Source: Octopus sinensis
Lineage: Eukaryota
DNA length: 64,000 nt
Assembly (NCBI RefSeq): GCF_006345805.1
Contig: NC_042999.1
Span: 161,882,001-161,946,000, forward strand
Direction of reading: 5' to 3'
Position 1 is the first letter of the stretch, and the number at the start of each line of letters is the position of its first letter. Position numbers and translations under genes: made by a program. This document shows, piece after piece, positions 1 to 10,969 of this stretch. The notes beneath the pieces are model-generated. The model did no database searches and was not told the DNA's origin. It was given only the letters and a program-made list of their open reading frames with translations.

Positions 1-656
1 TAAAGTTGAAAGTTTACTTTCACATTCGCTTTTTGTTTCATTTATGGGACAGAACCCTTTTTTAGTGTATTTTATGTAGAAATTATAATAAATTTGACCA
101 AACACTGCAATATTAAAGAAAAGTCAATGCATGTTATATATATGAATGTTTATTACAAACAAATAAACACAATTTTGTGCGTGTGAACTTGTCTCTTGAC
201 AGAGCTACAGTACTGAGATCAAGCAAAGGCAAGATTGGGTGGCTAGCATCTAGAATATTATTAGATGCTCACAGATCTCAATGTCAGCAATGTGGTCCGT
301 GGTATGTAAAGCCTTGCATTTTGTAAAGGGTTAGTGGTGGGCAAGAACAATGATAATCTCAAAGTGAGTTTAGGTATTGACAAAACCAACTGAACATTCT
401 ATTCAAGAAGATTTTCAACTTGGGTACTAAAAACAAATTCCAGAAATCCTTAGCCTGTCAGAACTACACAGGAAAGAGTGGGGATCATTGCAAATCTGAG
501 AAGCTCTAACAGCATGGAAGTGCTGCCAGCCAAGCCTGTCTGAGATACGTGCAAAATAATGAAACCAGTCTGTATACATTCATTCAATGTCCAATCACAA
601 TTGACGAAGTAAAGTTATGTAGAACGGCTGTTGTTGCATATAGAACAAATCCAGAT

Positions 657-1540
657 CTTTCTCTCTCCCCTCTCTTTCTCCCTCTCTCTCTCTTTCCCTC
701 TCCTCTCTTCCTTCTCTTTCTACCCTCTCTCTCTCTCTCTCTTTCCTCTCCTCTTTTCCTTCTCTTTCTACCCTCTCTCTCTCTCTCTTTCCTCTCCTCT
801 CTTCCTTCTCTTTCTACCCCTCTCTCTCTCTCTCTTTCCTCTCCTCTCTTCCTTCTCTTTCTACCCTCTCTCTCTCTTTCCTCTCCTCTCTTCCTTCTCT
901 TTCTACCCTCTCTCTCTCCCTTCTCTTTCTACCCTCTCTCTCTCTTTCCTCTCCTCTCTTCCTTCTCTTTCTCCCTCTCTCCCTTCTCTTTCTACCCTCT
1001 CTCTCTCTCTCTCTTTCCTCTCCTCTCTTCCTTCTCTTTCTACCCTCTCTCTCTCTCTTTCCTCTCCTCTCTTCCTTCTCTTTCTACCCTCTCTCTCTCT
1101 TTCCTCTCTCTCTCTTCCTTCTCTTTCTCCCTCTCTCTCTCTCTCTCCTCTCTCTCTCCTTCTCTTTCTCCCTCTCTCTCTCTCTTTCCTCTCCTCTCTT
1201 CTCTCTTTCTACCCTCTCTTTCTCCCTCTCTCCCTTCTCTTTCTACCCTCTCTCTCTCCTTCTCTTTCTACTCTCTCTCTCTCTCTTCCTTCTCTTCTCT
1301 TTCTACCCTCTCTCTCTCTCTTTCCTCTCCTCTCTTTCCTCTCCTCTCTCTCTCTCTTCCTTCTCTTTCTACCCTCTCTCTCTCTCTTTCCTCTCGTCTC
1401 TTCCTTCTCTTTCTACCCTCTCTCTCTCTCTTTCCTCTCGTCTCTTCCTTCTCTTTCTACCCTCTCTCTCTCTCTTTCCTCTCCTCTCCCCCTTCTCTTT
1501 CTACCCTCCCCTCTCTCTCTCTTTCTTTCTCTCTCTTTCC
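657..1540. repeat. Polypyrimidine (CT)n-derived minisatellite, unit about 44-46 bp
   Basis: Almost pure C/T, with a recurring unit TTTCTACCCTCTCTCTC...TTTCCTCTCCTCTCTTCCTTCTC. It accounts for ORFs 549..1580 and 631..1554. Confidence 0.95.
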
Positions 1541-1604
1541 TACATGTATCTTAACTATAATTCTAGCAGTGAGCATTTGACAATCCCCATTCAAATACTG
1601 ACTT

Positions 1605-2320
1605 CGTAAATATGATGGTAGTGAGACATGGTCACTGAATGCAGAGAATGCGCAAAGGTTGGAGAGAAATGAAGCCATCAAGCACCTCTTGATGTATAAT
1701 GTTAATGGTACATGAGCCAAGAGATGAATTGGATGTAAAAAGAATCAGAAATAGTGTGCAAGAGAGATGACAGTGTTGTTATGGACATATAATATACTAG
1801 CAGTATCGCCCGGCGTTGCTCGGGTTTGTAAGGGAAATAACTATATAAGCATTTTTAGAGATGTAAAGTATAATAGCCATCTCAATATGGCTAACCACAA
1901 AGGGGGGGGTGTTACTGTAGCTTTTTACGTTCTGAGATTTAATAATAAATTTTTAGAGAGTTACTTCCCTTATATATGCCAAAAATGCATTAAAAATGGG
2001 AAAAATTATGTTAAATTTTTTTTTTTAAATCGTAGACTCATCATAGACGCGCGCTAATACCCAGAAGGGCTCGATATGAATCACGACTATAAGATACCCG
2101 GTTTTGGTTAAACTGCACCGCAAAATGTGGGAGTAGTTAGGGATCTAAATCGTAGGAGACAGACAGCACACAACCTCACTTTTATATATAAAGATATGGA
2201 TGGCTACAGCAAGATAAAGAAATACCAGAAAATCTAAGTTGGAAAGAAACTATGGAAGCAGAAAACCAAAGAAGACATGGGTAGAAGTGGAGAAAGCTGA
2301 CTTCAAGATGTTGGATCTCT
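1605..2320 (+). mobile_element. Decayed RTE LINE 3' fragment split by a Helitron
   Basis: Translates as DGSETWSLNAENAQRLERNEA, matching the RTE copies elsewhere in the window (HGSETWAVTAEDMRRLERNEA). It resumes after 2195 with a KPKKTWVEV-like tail. Confidence 0.7.
1797..2194 (-). mobile_element. Non-autonomous Helitron, copy 1 (cassette A)
   Basis: On the minus strand: 5'-TC start (TCTTTATATATAAAAG), 3' hairpin CCCGAGCAACGCCGGG, CTAG end, inserted between A and T with no TSD. Confidence 0.9.
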
Positions 2321-2877
2321 CAGAAGAATAACAGAGAAAGGCAAGAAATAGTGAAACACTACATGCAAGCATGGAACTGAAAGCATAAAAAGTTGATGAT
2401 GATGATGGTGATGAACAGAGATTACCAATTTTACTTTCTCACTAAATGTAGAAAGCCTTATGTGTGCGTGTGTGGGTGGGTGGGTGGGCGGGGTGCACGC
2501 ACACAAATATGCATGTGTGTGCACACACATGCATGTGTACATAAGACTTTTTTTTTATTGATCCTGCAGTATGACAGAATCTATAAACAAAAAAAAGTGA
2601 GAAAAGTTTCAAAGAGAGACAGGAAACACTTATCCATCTGCTATATTTTAAAGGAAAATTACGAATCCATAGCACTGTGGAAGACACTTAGTTCTTATAG
2701 CAACATGACTCCAACAATATTACAAAATAAATATTGAAAACAAGTTGGAGCGGGGATCCATCAACACATTTTTGGAGACCGACTCATTTCCAACGTTTTA
2801 TTGGTATTCACTACATATTAACATAACTATAAAAAGCTTACATATCTCCAGTATCATACACGCAATGCATAAACATA

Positions 2878-3286
2878 TCTTTATATATAAAAGTGAGGTT
2901 GTGTGCTGTCTGTCTCCTACGATTTAGATTCCTAACTACTCCCACATTTTGCGGTGCAGTTTAACCAAAGCGGGTATCTTATAGTCGTGATTCATATCGA
3001 GCCCTTCTGGGTATTAGCGCGCGTCTACGATGAGTCTACGATTTAAAAAATAATTTAACCATCATTTTTTTTCCATTTTAATGCATTTTTTTTTTTCTTC
3101 GCTATTATATAGGGAAGTAACTCTCTAAAAATGTCTACGATGAGTCAACGATTTTTAAAGAAATTTACCATCATTTTTTTTTCCATTTTAATGCATTTTT
3201 TTGCTATTTTTTGGCTATAACTCTCTAAAAATGCTTATATAGTTATTTCCCTTACAAACCCGAGCAATGCCGGGCGATACTGCTAG
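2878..3286 (+). mobile_element. Non-autonomous Helitron, copy 2 (cassette B)
   Basis: A|TCTTTATATATAAAAG ... CCCGAGCAATGCCGGG CGATACTG CTAG|T. Confidence 0.92.
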
Positions 3287-3373
3287 TTAGTAAAAAAAAA
3301 AAGTCCCATATCTTAAAATTAATAAATTTCAATGTAACAATTACTAAACAGATTTAGGTGAGTAAATGCTTAC

Positions 3374-3456
3374 CGGTCTTCATTTCTTGAAATGGATTGA
3401 CGCAGCTTTGTTATCTCTCGGTCAACCCTTCGTAGTTCTCCTTCAGTTTTCATAAG
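3374..3456 (-). CDS. Putative internal coding exon (83 bp, phase 0 to 2) of an unidentified coiled-coil protein: LMKTEGELRRVDREITKLRQSISRNED(R)
   Basis: Acceptor is a long T tract followed by ACCTCACACAG|, donor is CG|GTAAGC. The frame is open with heptad-like composition, and I see no similarity to the TE families in the window. Confidence 0.7.
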
Positions 3457-3613
3457 CTGTGTGAGGTAAAAAAAAAAAAAAAAAAAAGGTTTCAGGGAGT
3501 GAGTGATGGTAATGATTTCTTTTGTAGTAGAACTGTTTTTAAATGGAAAGTCACCATGATTGCATTTTGACCAGTATATTACTGATACACACACCACAAA
3601 TGTATAAAAGATT

Positions 3614-4003
3614 TTTTTTTTGAAGCACTCTGTCGGTTACAACGACGAGGGTTCCGGTTGATCCGAATCAACGGAACAGCCTGCTCGTGAAATTAACGTG
3701 TAAGTGGCTGAGCACTCCACAGACACGTGTACCCTTAACGTAGTTCTCGGGGATATTCAGCGTGACACAGAGAGTGACAAGGCCGGCCCCTTGAAATACA
3801 GTTACAACAGAAACAGGAAGTAAGAGTGAGAGAAAGTTGTGGTGAAAGAGTACAGCAGGGATCACCACCATCCCTGCCGGAGCCTCGTGGAGCTTTAGGT
3901 GTTTTTGCTCAATAAACACTCACAACGCCCGGTCTGGGAATCGAAACCGCGATCCTATGACCGCGAGTACGCTGCCCTAACCACTGGGCCATTCCGCCTC
4001 CAC
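3614..4003 (-). mobile_element. tRNA-derived SINE family B, full length
   Basis: tRNA-like head with A box TGGCCCAGTGG and B box GTTTCGATTCC, an A-tail, and a 12-bp TSD GTATAAAAGATT (3602-3613 and 4004-4015). Confidence 0.93.
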
Positions 4004-4974
4004 GTATAAAAGATTATTAAATAACACACAAGATAAATTGCTGAGCTCAAGAATGAATAAGGGTAGTATAAAATAATTCTTGATTTATTGAAACTATGTC
4101 TGTTTCTAGAGAGGATAGATTAGTTGCTTGCTACAAACTCCAAATGAGAAGGGTAGATAATCACAAGAATAAAGAATTTTCCAAAATAGACATGACATTG
4201 CTTACCCAGGCTATAAATGAATTCTACTCTTTTGTTGTATACATCTAAGAGTCTTGTTTTCTAAAGATAAAGTAGGATAACTGCTGTGCTGATGAGACTT
4301 CTTGAGGCAGAAATACATCAATAGCCCCTCTTGTTTTCAAGACAAGCAGACTGTGTTTTCCTTAATAGCATCAATTTAAGAGAATTCTTGATTCTTGAGG
4401 TTATCTCATCTAAAGTTGGTACCAAAGAAAGTTTCAATAAATCAAGAATTTATTTTATATGCCCTCATTCATCTTTGAGCTCAGTTTCATTTCATTTGTG
4501 TATATATACATTTCATTTGTGTATATATACACAGAGAGACATATTATACACACATATTCATGAGCATACAAATACACACACACACACACACACACCACAC
4601 ACACATACTTATATGTTGAAATTTTGCAGAGTCATTAGAACAGAGGATAGAATGCCTTGCAGTATTTAATCTGAATCTCAATATACTGAGTTCAAATTGC
4701 ACTGAGGTCAACTTTAACTTCCAGTCCTTCAAGGTTGATAAATAAGATATGAGTCCAGCATAATGATTAATTCTTCTCTTTCAGTAAGAAATCACCTGTA
4801 GTCGGATGTGAAGGTGGGGAGGGCATGCTAGGTTTAAAATGCCTGAGATACACTACATCTCATGACACAATGGCCTATGATTCCATTGAAGACCTAAAGT
4901 AATGCACACACACACACACACTCTCTCTCTCTCTCTCTCTCTCTCTTTTAGCAACAAATGAGAGAAGAAATATT

Positions 4975-5185
4975 GGTTTCAAATTTTAGCACAAGACCAG
5001 CTATTTCAGGGGATAGAATAAGTCGATTATATAAACTCCAGTGCTCAACTGGTACTTATATCAACCTCAAAAGGATGAAAGGCAAAGTTGACTTCAGTGG
5101 AATCTGAACTCAGAACGTAACTACAGATGAAATGGTGTTAAACATTTTGCCCAGCATGCTAACAATTCTACCAGCTTGCCACCCG
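4975..5185 (-). mobile_element. Old SINE related to family C
   Basis: Degenerate GGATGAAAGGCAAAGTTGAC...GAACTCAGAACG block shared with the family C copies. Confidence 0.65.
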
Positions 5186-5339
5186 AACAAGAGAAGAGAT
5201 ATTAAATTCAAAAGCAGAGTGCAATAGTTTATTTGGGGCTCATCTGGAGCTAGTCTGGAGTTTCTCTGATGTATAGTAACATGAACTGTTGTTCTCCTCA
5301 GTCTCTCTATGAAAACATACACACACACACACACACACA

Positions 5340-5394
<55 letters not shown>

Positions 5395-5764
5395 GTTTGT
5401 ATAGAAGGTTGAAAAGGAACACACAAGTTGATATGCATAAGGAAAATAAGACAAGGTAAAAAATGCTAAAATAATTTTATCATGAAGAACATTTTAGTGC
5501 CAGTTCTAGTCTTTGCGACTTTTTCAACTTGGTGTAAAGCATGAAGAACAATTAAATTGTGGAAAAATTAAATGAAATGTTTTTAAAAAATTATTTCCAT
5601 AGTTATTCAAATGCAAGGGACATTTTCCGTTTTTCTTCCTGTCTGTCTCTCTTTTTTCACTCTTGTGGGTTCTGGGTAGTTAGCAGCAGCTAGTTTGATA
5701 TGAATTCTTGTATTCTTGCCTTTGGTTGTTTAAGCAGCAGTAATAGTAGAGAAAGGAGGGAGGG

Positions 5765-6030
5765 GAGAAGAAGAAGAAGAAGAGAAGAAGAAGAGAAGAA
5801 GAAGAAGAAGAAGAAGAAGAAGAAGAAGAAGAAGAAGAAGAAGAAGAAGAAGAAGAAGCAGAAGAAGAAGAAGAAGAAGAAGAAGAAGAAGAGAGAAGAA
5901 GAAGAGAAGAAGAAGAAGAGAAGAAGAAGAAGAAGAAGAAGAAGAAGAAGAAGAGAAGAAGAAGAGAAGAAGAAGAGAAGAAGAAGAAGAAGAAGAAGAG
6001 CAGCAGCAACAACAACAATAACAACAATGC
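5765..6030. repeat. (GAA)n/(GAGAA) microsatellite followed by (CAG)/(CAA)
   Basis: Direct inspection. It explains ORFs 5680..6069 and 5700..6050. Confidence 0.95.
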
Positions 6031-6039
6031 GGGAGTTTG

Positions 6040-6665
6040 TGATGTCATAGGAGAGAAATGAGTCCGCATGGATGATGGCTCACTTGCATTTAATGAGGCT
6101 GCAAAGAGAGAGACTTGGAGATGCCACTATGAAAGGTTGCTAAATGAAGAGAATGAATGGGAGAAAGAGAGTCTGCTGAATGTCGACCCAACAGAGGGAC
6201 CAGCTATCCGAATTGAGAGTACCTTCATAGATAAAGCAATCAAGAGTATGAAGATAGGGAAAGCCCTGGCCCATCAGGAATCCCCGCAGAGATGCTTAAA
6301 ATATCTGGCAGTGTAGGCTATATTCTAGTTACCTGTATAATCAATAAGGTGATACACGAAGGAGTCATACCCAATGACTGGTGTAGCAGCACATAGTCAA
6401 CTGCTACAAAGGTAAATGTGATGCATTTGATTTGAATCAAAGGTGTCAAATTGTTGGATCAGGTGATGAAAGTCACAGAGAGAGTCAAAGCCCAACTAAT
6501 TAGGGAGAGGGTAAGTCTAAATGAGATGCAGTTTGGGTTTGTGCCAGGGAGAAGCACCACTGATGCTATATTTCTGGTAAGACAGCTGCAGGAGAAATAC
6601 CCAGTCAAAGATAAACCTCTGTATTTGGCTTTCATTGACATGGAGAAAGTCTTTGACAGAGTCTT
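6040..6665 (+). mobile_element. RTE LINE internal fragment (RT N-terminal part), disrupted
   Basis: ETWRCHYERLLNEENEW, QFGFVPGRSTTDAIFLVRQLQEKY and AFIDMEKVFDRV, with frameshifts. Confidence 0.9.
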
Positions 6666-6978
6666 ATATTTTTATATTTATGAATTTTTATGTGTTTATA
6701 AATTTTTATATATCTGTGAACTTTTATATATCTATAAATTTTCGTGTATATGTATTTATAAATTCTTAGAAATTTTTTATATCTCATATAGATGAATGCA
6801 TCTATGTATGTACTATGTATATCATGGAGAATTTCATTAATATGGACTGAATGAATATATACATCGACCTTTGAATTTGTTTTCTCTCCTCCTTAATTTT
6901 ATATATTAATTTTATGAGAGCACTATTCAGTTGAGCTGTATGAAGTGGATATCTATATCACTTATTTCTTCATTGTGT

Positions 6979-7039
<61 letters not shown>

Positions 7040-7041
<2 letters not shown>

Positions 7042-8757
7042 CATCATCATCGTTTAACGTCCGTTTTCCGTGCTAGCACGGGTTGGACGGTTCGACCGGG
7101 GTCTGGGAAGCCAGGGGCTGCACCAGGCTCCAGTCTGATCTGGCAGAGTTTCTACAGCTGGATGCCCTTCCTAACGCCAACCACTCCGCGAGTGTAGTGG
7201 GTGCTTTTTACGTGCCACCTGCACAGGTGCCAGGGGGGTCCGGCATCGGCCACGATTGGTTGGAGCTTTTAACGTGCCACCGGCACGGAAGCCAGCTGAG
7301 GCGGCGCTGGCAATGGCCACGTTCGGATGGTGCTTTTTATGTGCCACCGGCACAGAAGCCAGTCGGGGCGGCGCTGGCATCGGCCACGTTCGGATGGTGC
7401 TTTTTATGTGCCACCAGCACAGAAGCCAGTCGGGGTGGCGCTGGCATCGGCCACGTTCGGATGGTGCTTTTTATGTGCCACCGGCACAGAAGCCAGTCGG
7501 GGTGGCGCTGGTATTGGCCATGTTCGGATGATGCTTTTTATGTGCCACTGGCACAGGTATCACAACTACTATTTCCATCGATATTTATATTTATTTCGAT
7601 GTTCATGTTCATGTACTTGACTCAACAGGTCTCCTCAAGCACAGCGAGACGTTCCAGGATCCAGGGTCCTTTGAATGGGCAGGGGGCTATGCAGAACTGG
7701 TGCAGGAAGCAGCCCGGGTCTTTGCAGTCACAGCATATCTCCAGAGTTCTCGGTCCTTCGCCATAGCCTCAGTGAGGCCCAACGCTCTGAGGTCATGCTT
7801 GACTACCTCATCCCATGTCTTCCTGGTCTACCTCTCCCCCTGATACCTTCAACTGTTTGGGAGTGGCACTTCTTCACACATCTCTCCTCATCCATCCGCA
7901 GTACATGACCATACCATCGCAAGCGTCGCTCTTGCACACCACATCTGATGCTTCTTATGTCCAGCATTTCTCTCAGGGTGCTTACACTCTGTCGTGCGCT
8001 CACACTGACATTACACATCCAGCAGATCATGTTAGCTTCATTTCTTTCAAGTCTACGCATGTCCTCTGCAGTCACAGCCCATGTTTTACTACCATGAAGC
8101 ATGGCAGTTCACACACATGCATCATACAATCTACCTTTCACTCTGAGCAAGAGACCTTTGTCGCCAGTAGGGGTAGGAGCTTTCTGAACTTTGCCCAGGC
8201 TATTCGTATTCTAGTAGTGATACTCTCTGAGCATCCACCTCCACTACTAACTTGGTCACCCATGTAGCGGAAACTATCAACTACTTCTAGTTTCTCCCCC
8301 TGGAGTGTGATGGGATCTGTTTTCTGAGTGTCTGTGATGTCGATTGTCCCTGTGCATCTGCTGCACATGAAAGCTATCTTATCAGTTAATTCCCCTTTGA
8401 TGTTGCTGCACCTCTTATGCGTCCATAGCTTACATTGGGTGCATCTTATGGAGTTTCTACCTACACCTTTCCTACAGATCAAGCAGGGCCACCTACCTGA
8501 GGGTGTGTGTGCTGAGTTCGCCTTTCTGCTTACTATAACTTTGGTCTTTGCTACATTTACTCTAAGGCCCTTTGATTCTAACCCTTGCTTCCACACCTGA
8601 AATTTCTTTTCTAGTTCCGGTAGTGATTCTGCTATGAGAGCCAGGTCATCAGCATAGAGGAGCTCCCAGGGGCATCCTGTTTTGAATTCCTCTGTTATTG
8701 CCTGGAGGACTATGATGAATAAAAGGGGACTGAGGGCTGAGCCTTGGTGTACACCTA
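7040..8757 (-). mobile_element. 5'-truncated RTE LINE: RT C-terminus, 3' UTR with six tandem units, (GAT)n tail
   Basis: GVHQGSALSPL, WKQGLESKGLRVNVAKTK, RLRWYGHV; the stop is near 7687. It is flanked by (TA)n at both ends. Confidence 0.95.
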
Positions 8758-8774
8758 ATATATATATATATATA

Positions 8775-8990
8775 TCGCCATGTTGATTCGTTAGCTACTG
8801 CACGCATTTTTTTTCTCTCCTTCTTTCTGTGTTTTTCTCTCTCTGTGTATCTTTCTGTTGAAGAGCGTAGGCTCGAAACGTTAAAGACTTGTTTTATTTA
8901 TATTTCCTGAGCGCCATACTAATACAATTGTTCGTTTGTCTTCCACCTGCCTTCGTCTTTTGTTTATTTTCATAAAGCTTCCCGTTATAT
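8775..8990 (+). mobile_element. Short repeat between (TA)n tracts, probably a Penelope-like pLTR fragment
   Basis: CpG-richer than its surroundings, flanked by TA, and contains a minimal hammerhead-like motif typical of PLE termini. Confidence 0.5.
8850..8887 (+). ncRNA. Minimal type I hammerhead ribozyme-like motif with an A6U core change
   Basis: TCTTT-CTGTTGA-A-GAGC(GTAG)GCTC-GAAAC-GTT-AAAGA: stem I TCTTT/AAAGA, stem II GAGC/GCTC, palindromic stem III ACGT. Confidence 0.55.
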
Positions 8991-9052
8991 ATATATATAC
9001 ATATACAGCTAGGTGTATAGAATATGACCCAAACCTTGTAAATACTAATTAC

Positions 9053-9183
9053 CTGTATGTTTAAAGTACGATCTGACTTCTTACTCAACTCCTGAAGAGA
9101 TATTTCTTTACAGCTTTCAGTGTTTGTACTTTTCACCTTGTTCTTTGTCTTTCCAGCATTTTGGAAATGTTTTCCAACATGAT
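9053..9183 (-). CDS. Putative internal coding exon (131 bp, phase 1 to 0): HVGKHFQNAGKTKNKVKSTNTESCKEISLQELSKKSDRTLNIQ
   Basis: Acceptor TTTTCTCTTTGGCACAG|, donor CAG|GTAATT. Only one frame is open, and it splices in frame to exon 3374-3456. Confidence 0.62.
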
Positions 9184-9299
9184 CTGTGCCAAAGAGAAAA
9201 CAGAATAATAAGCAATCTTGAGAAGTACTTGAACATCATATTTATATTATACACACATATAAACATCATAAGTTTTCTATGCTGACATGAGTCTGCCAT

Positions 9300-9870
9300 G
9301 GAGAATATAGCCACTTACAAAGAACCTCTATGATCTTATCCATAACATCTACCATGTCGAGATTTGATTTTATTATTTCTTTCTGTGTCTTTTATGATTA
9401 TCATATGTTGCAAGTACCTTTTACTACCCATTCTTAGTATTCATTCTCCATGTGCACTGTGTGTCCATACCAGTGCAGTAGTTGTGTCTTTCTACATTGA
9501 TAGATGCCTTTAATCCTTAGCTACCTTCCAAGCTGTCTTATAATGATCCTTTCACATAAGTTAATGTTGCGTATCCAAATGATTATACTTGACCAATTTT
9601 TCTTTCTCAAGAAATCCTACACAAAAAAAAAAAACTATTTTTCATTACCACACAGCACCATATTTCTTACACATACTCCATACACATGTAAATTATATCA
9701 TATAAAATTTATTATCATCATCATCATTGAACATCCTCCTTCCATGCTGACATGGGTTGGATAGTTTAACAGGAGCTGGCCAGGCAGGAGCCTGTGCCAT
9801 GTTTCAGTGTCTGTTTTGGCATGGTTTTTATGGCTGGATGCTATTCCCAACACTAAACACTCTGCAGAGA
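9300..9870 (-). mobile_element. Heavily decayed RTE fragments (ORF end at 9300-9570, UTR at 9713-9870)
   Basis: LHWYGH-like remnant, and a CATCATCATT...CCATGCTGACATGGGTTGGATAG tail resembling the younger copies. Confidence 0.55.
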
Positions 9871-10585
9871 AAGGATGATGTTTCTTCTTGTTGCTATCTC
9901 TTCATGTGCAATAACAAGGAGTCAGTATAGTGCAGTGAGGCGAATTCTGCTGTTCCACTCCCTTACATTTTTCTATTAAAATCATGTTTGTAATATTTTT
10001 CTCAACTGTTTAGTCGATGATGGAATGGTATTGCCCACAACTCTTTACCATTTTCAAAGCTTCCAAACAAGTGAAAGCAGGGTCAAAGTTATTGTCAAAC
10101 CAGCCATAAATAATTGCAACATACTGAACTCAGAATACAAGGTGACAAATGTTGCAAAGTACCTTATCCAATGCTTTAACAATTCTACCAATCTTCTATC
10201 AATGAAAGGCACTTTATTTTATTAACCCTACAAAAAGATGAAAGACAAAGTTGACACCTCAATAACATTTGACACAAAGACAAGAGAGCTGAAATAAACA
10301 TTCCAAAACATTTTGTCCTATTCTTAATGAATCGACCAATTTTCTGTAGATTAAGACTTTCATTCTCAACCAGTTCTATGTTCCTGTTTGACTATGGTTG
10401 CTACCACAATACACTTAGACAGTTGAACACAACAAAAATCAACATGAAAAACAAAAGTGTCTCTAAATAGTCATCTTTTCCTATGGTAGCCATATCTATT
10501 TCATATCACTCTACTATTTCAAAAATGGAGTACATATTAAACAATGCACCCTGACTATAGCTATATAGCCACTATAACTGACAAA

Positions 10586-10969
10586 GTGGAGGCACAATGG
10601 CCCAGTGGTTAGGGCAGCGGACTCGCGGTCGTAGGATTGCGGTTTCGATTCCCAGACCGGGCATTGTGAGTGTTTATTGAGCGAAAACACCTGAAAGCTC
10701 CACGAGGCTCCGGCAGGGGATGGTGGTGATCCCTGCTGTACTCTTTCACCACAACTTTCTCTCACTCTTACTTCCTGTTTCTGTTGTACCTGTATTTCAA
10801 AGGGCTGGCCTTGTCACTCTCTGTGTCATGCTGAATATCCCCGAGAACTACGTTAAGGGTACACGTGTCTGGGGAGTGCTCAGCCACTTACACGTTAATT
10901 TCACAAGCAGGCTGTTCCGTTGATCGGATCAACCGGAACCCTCATCGTCATAACCGACGGAGTGCTTCC
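10586..10969 (+). mobile_element. tRNA-derived SINE family B, full length
   Basis: Same A and B boxes as the 3614 copy. TSD ATAACTGACAAAGTG at 10574-10588 and 10970-10984. Confidence 0.93.

Noticed and set aside
549-1580. Longest ORFs in the track (343 and 307 aa, Leu/Ser/Phe-rich)
   Set aside because: They are translations of a stop-free (CT)n tract. The same applies to ORFs at 5680-6069, 12398-13782 and 38767-39638.
2562-2737. Plus-strand acceptor followed by a 55-codon ORF
   Set aside because: GNTYPS / LKENYESIAL resembles a decayed DNA-transposase motif (Chapaev-like, from memory). No partner exons were found, and it is too weak to list as a feature.
3350-3362. Possible 6-nt plus-strand microexon CAG|ATTTAG|GTGAGT
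   Set aside because: The acceptor lacks a pyrimidine tract and there is no supporting plus-strand gene, so it is likely chance.
7198-7556. CRISPR-like repeat/spacer appearance (about 29-nt repeat every 67 nt)
   Set aside because: The spacers are near-identical to one another, the array lies in a LINE 3' UTR in a eukaryotic context, and there are no cas genes.
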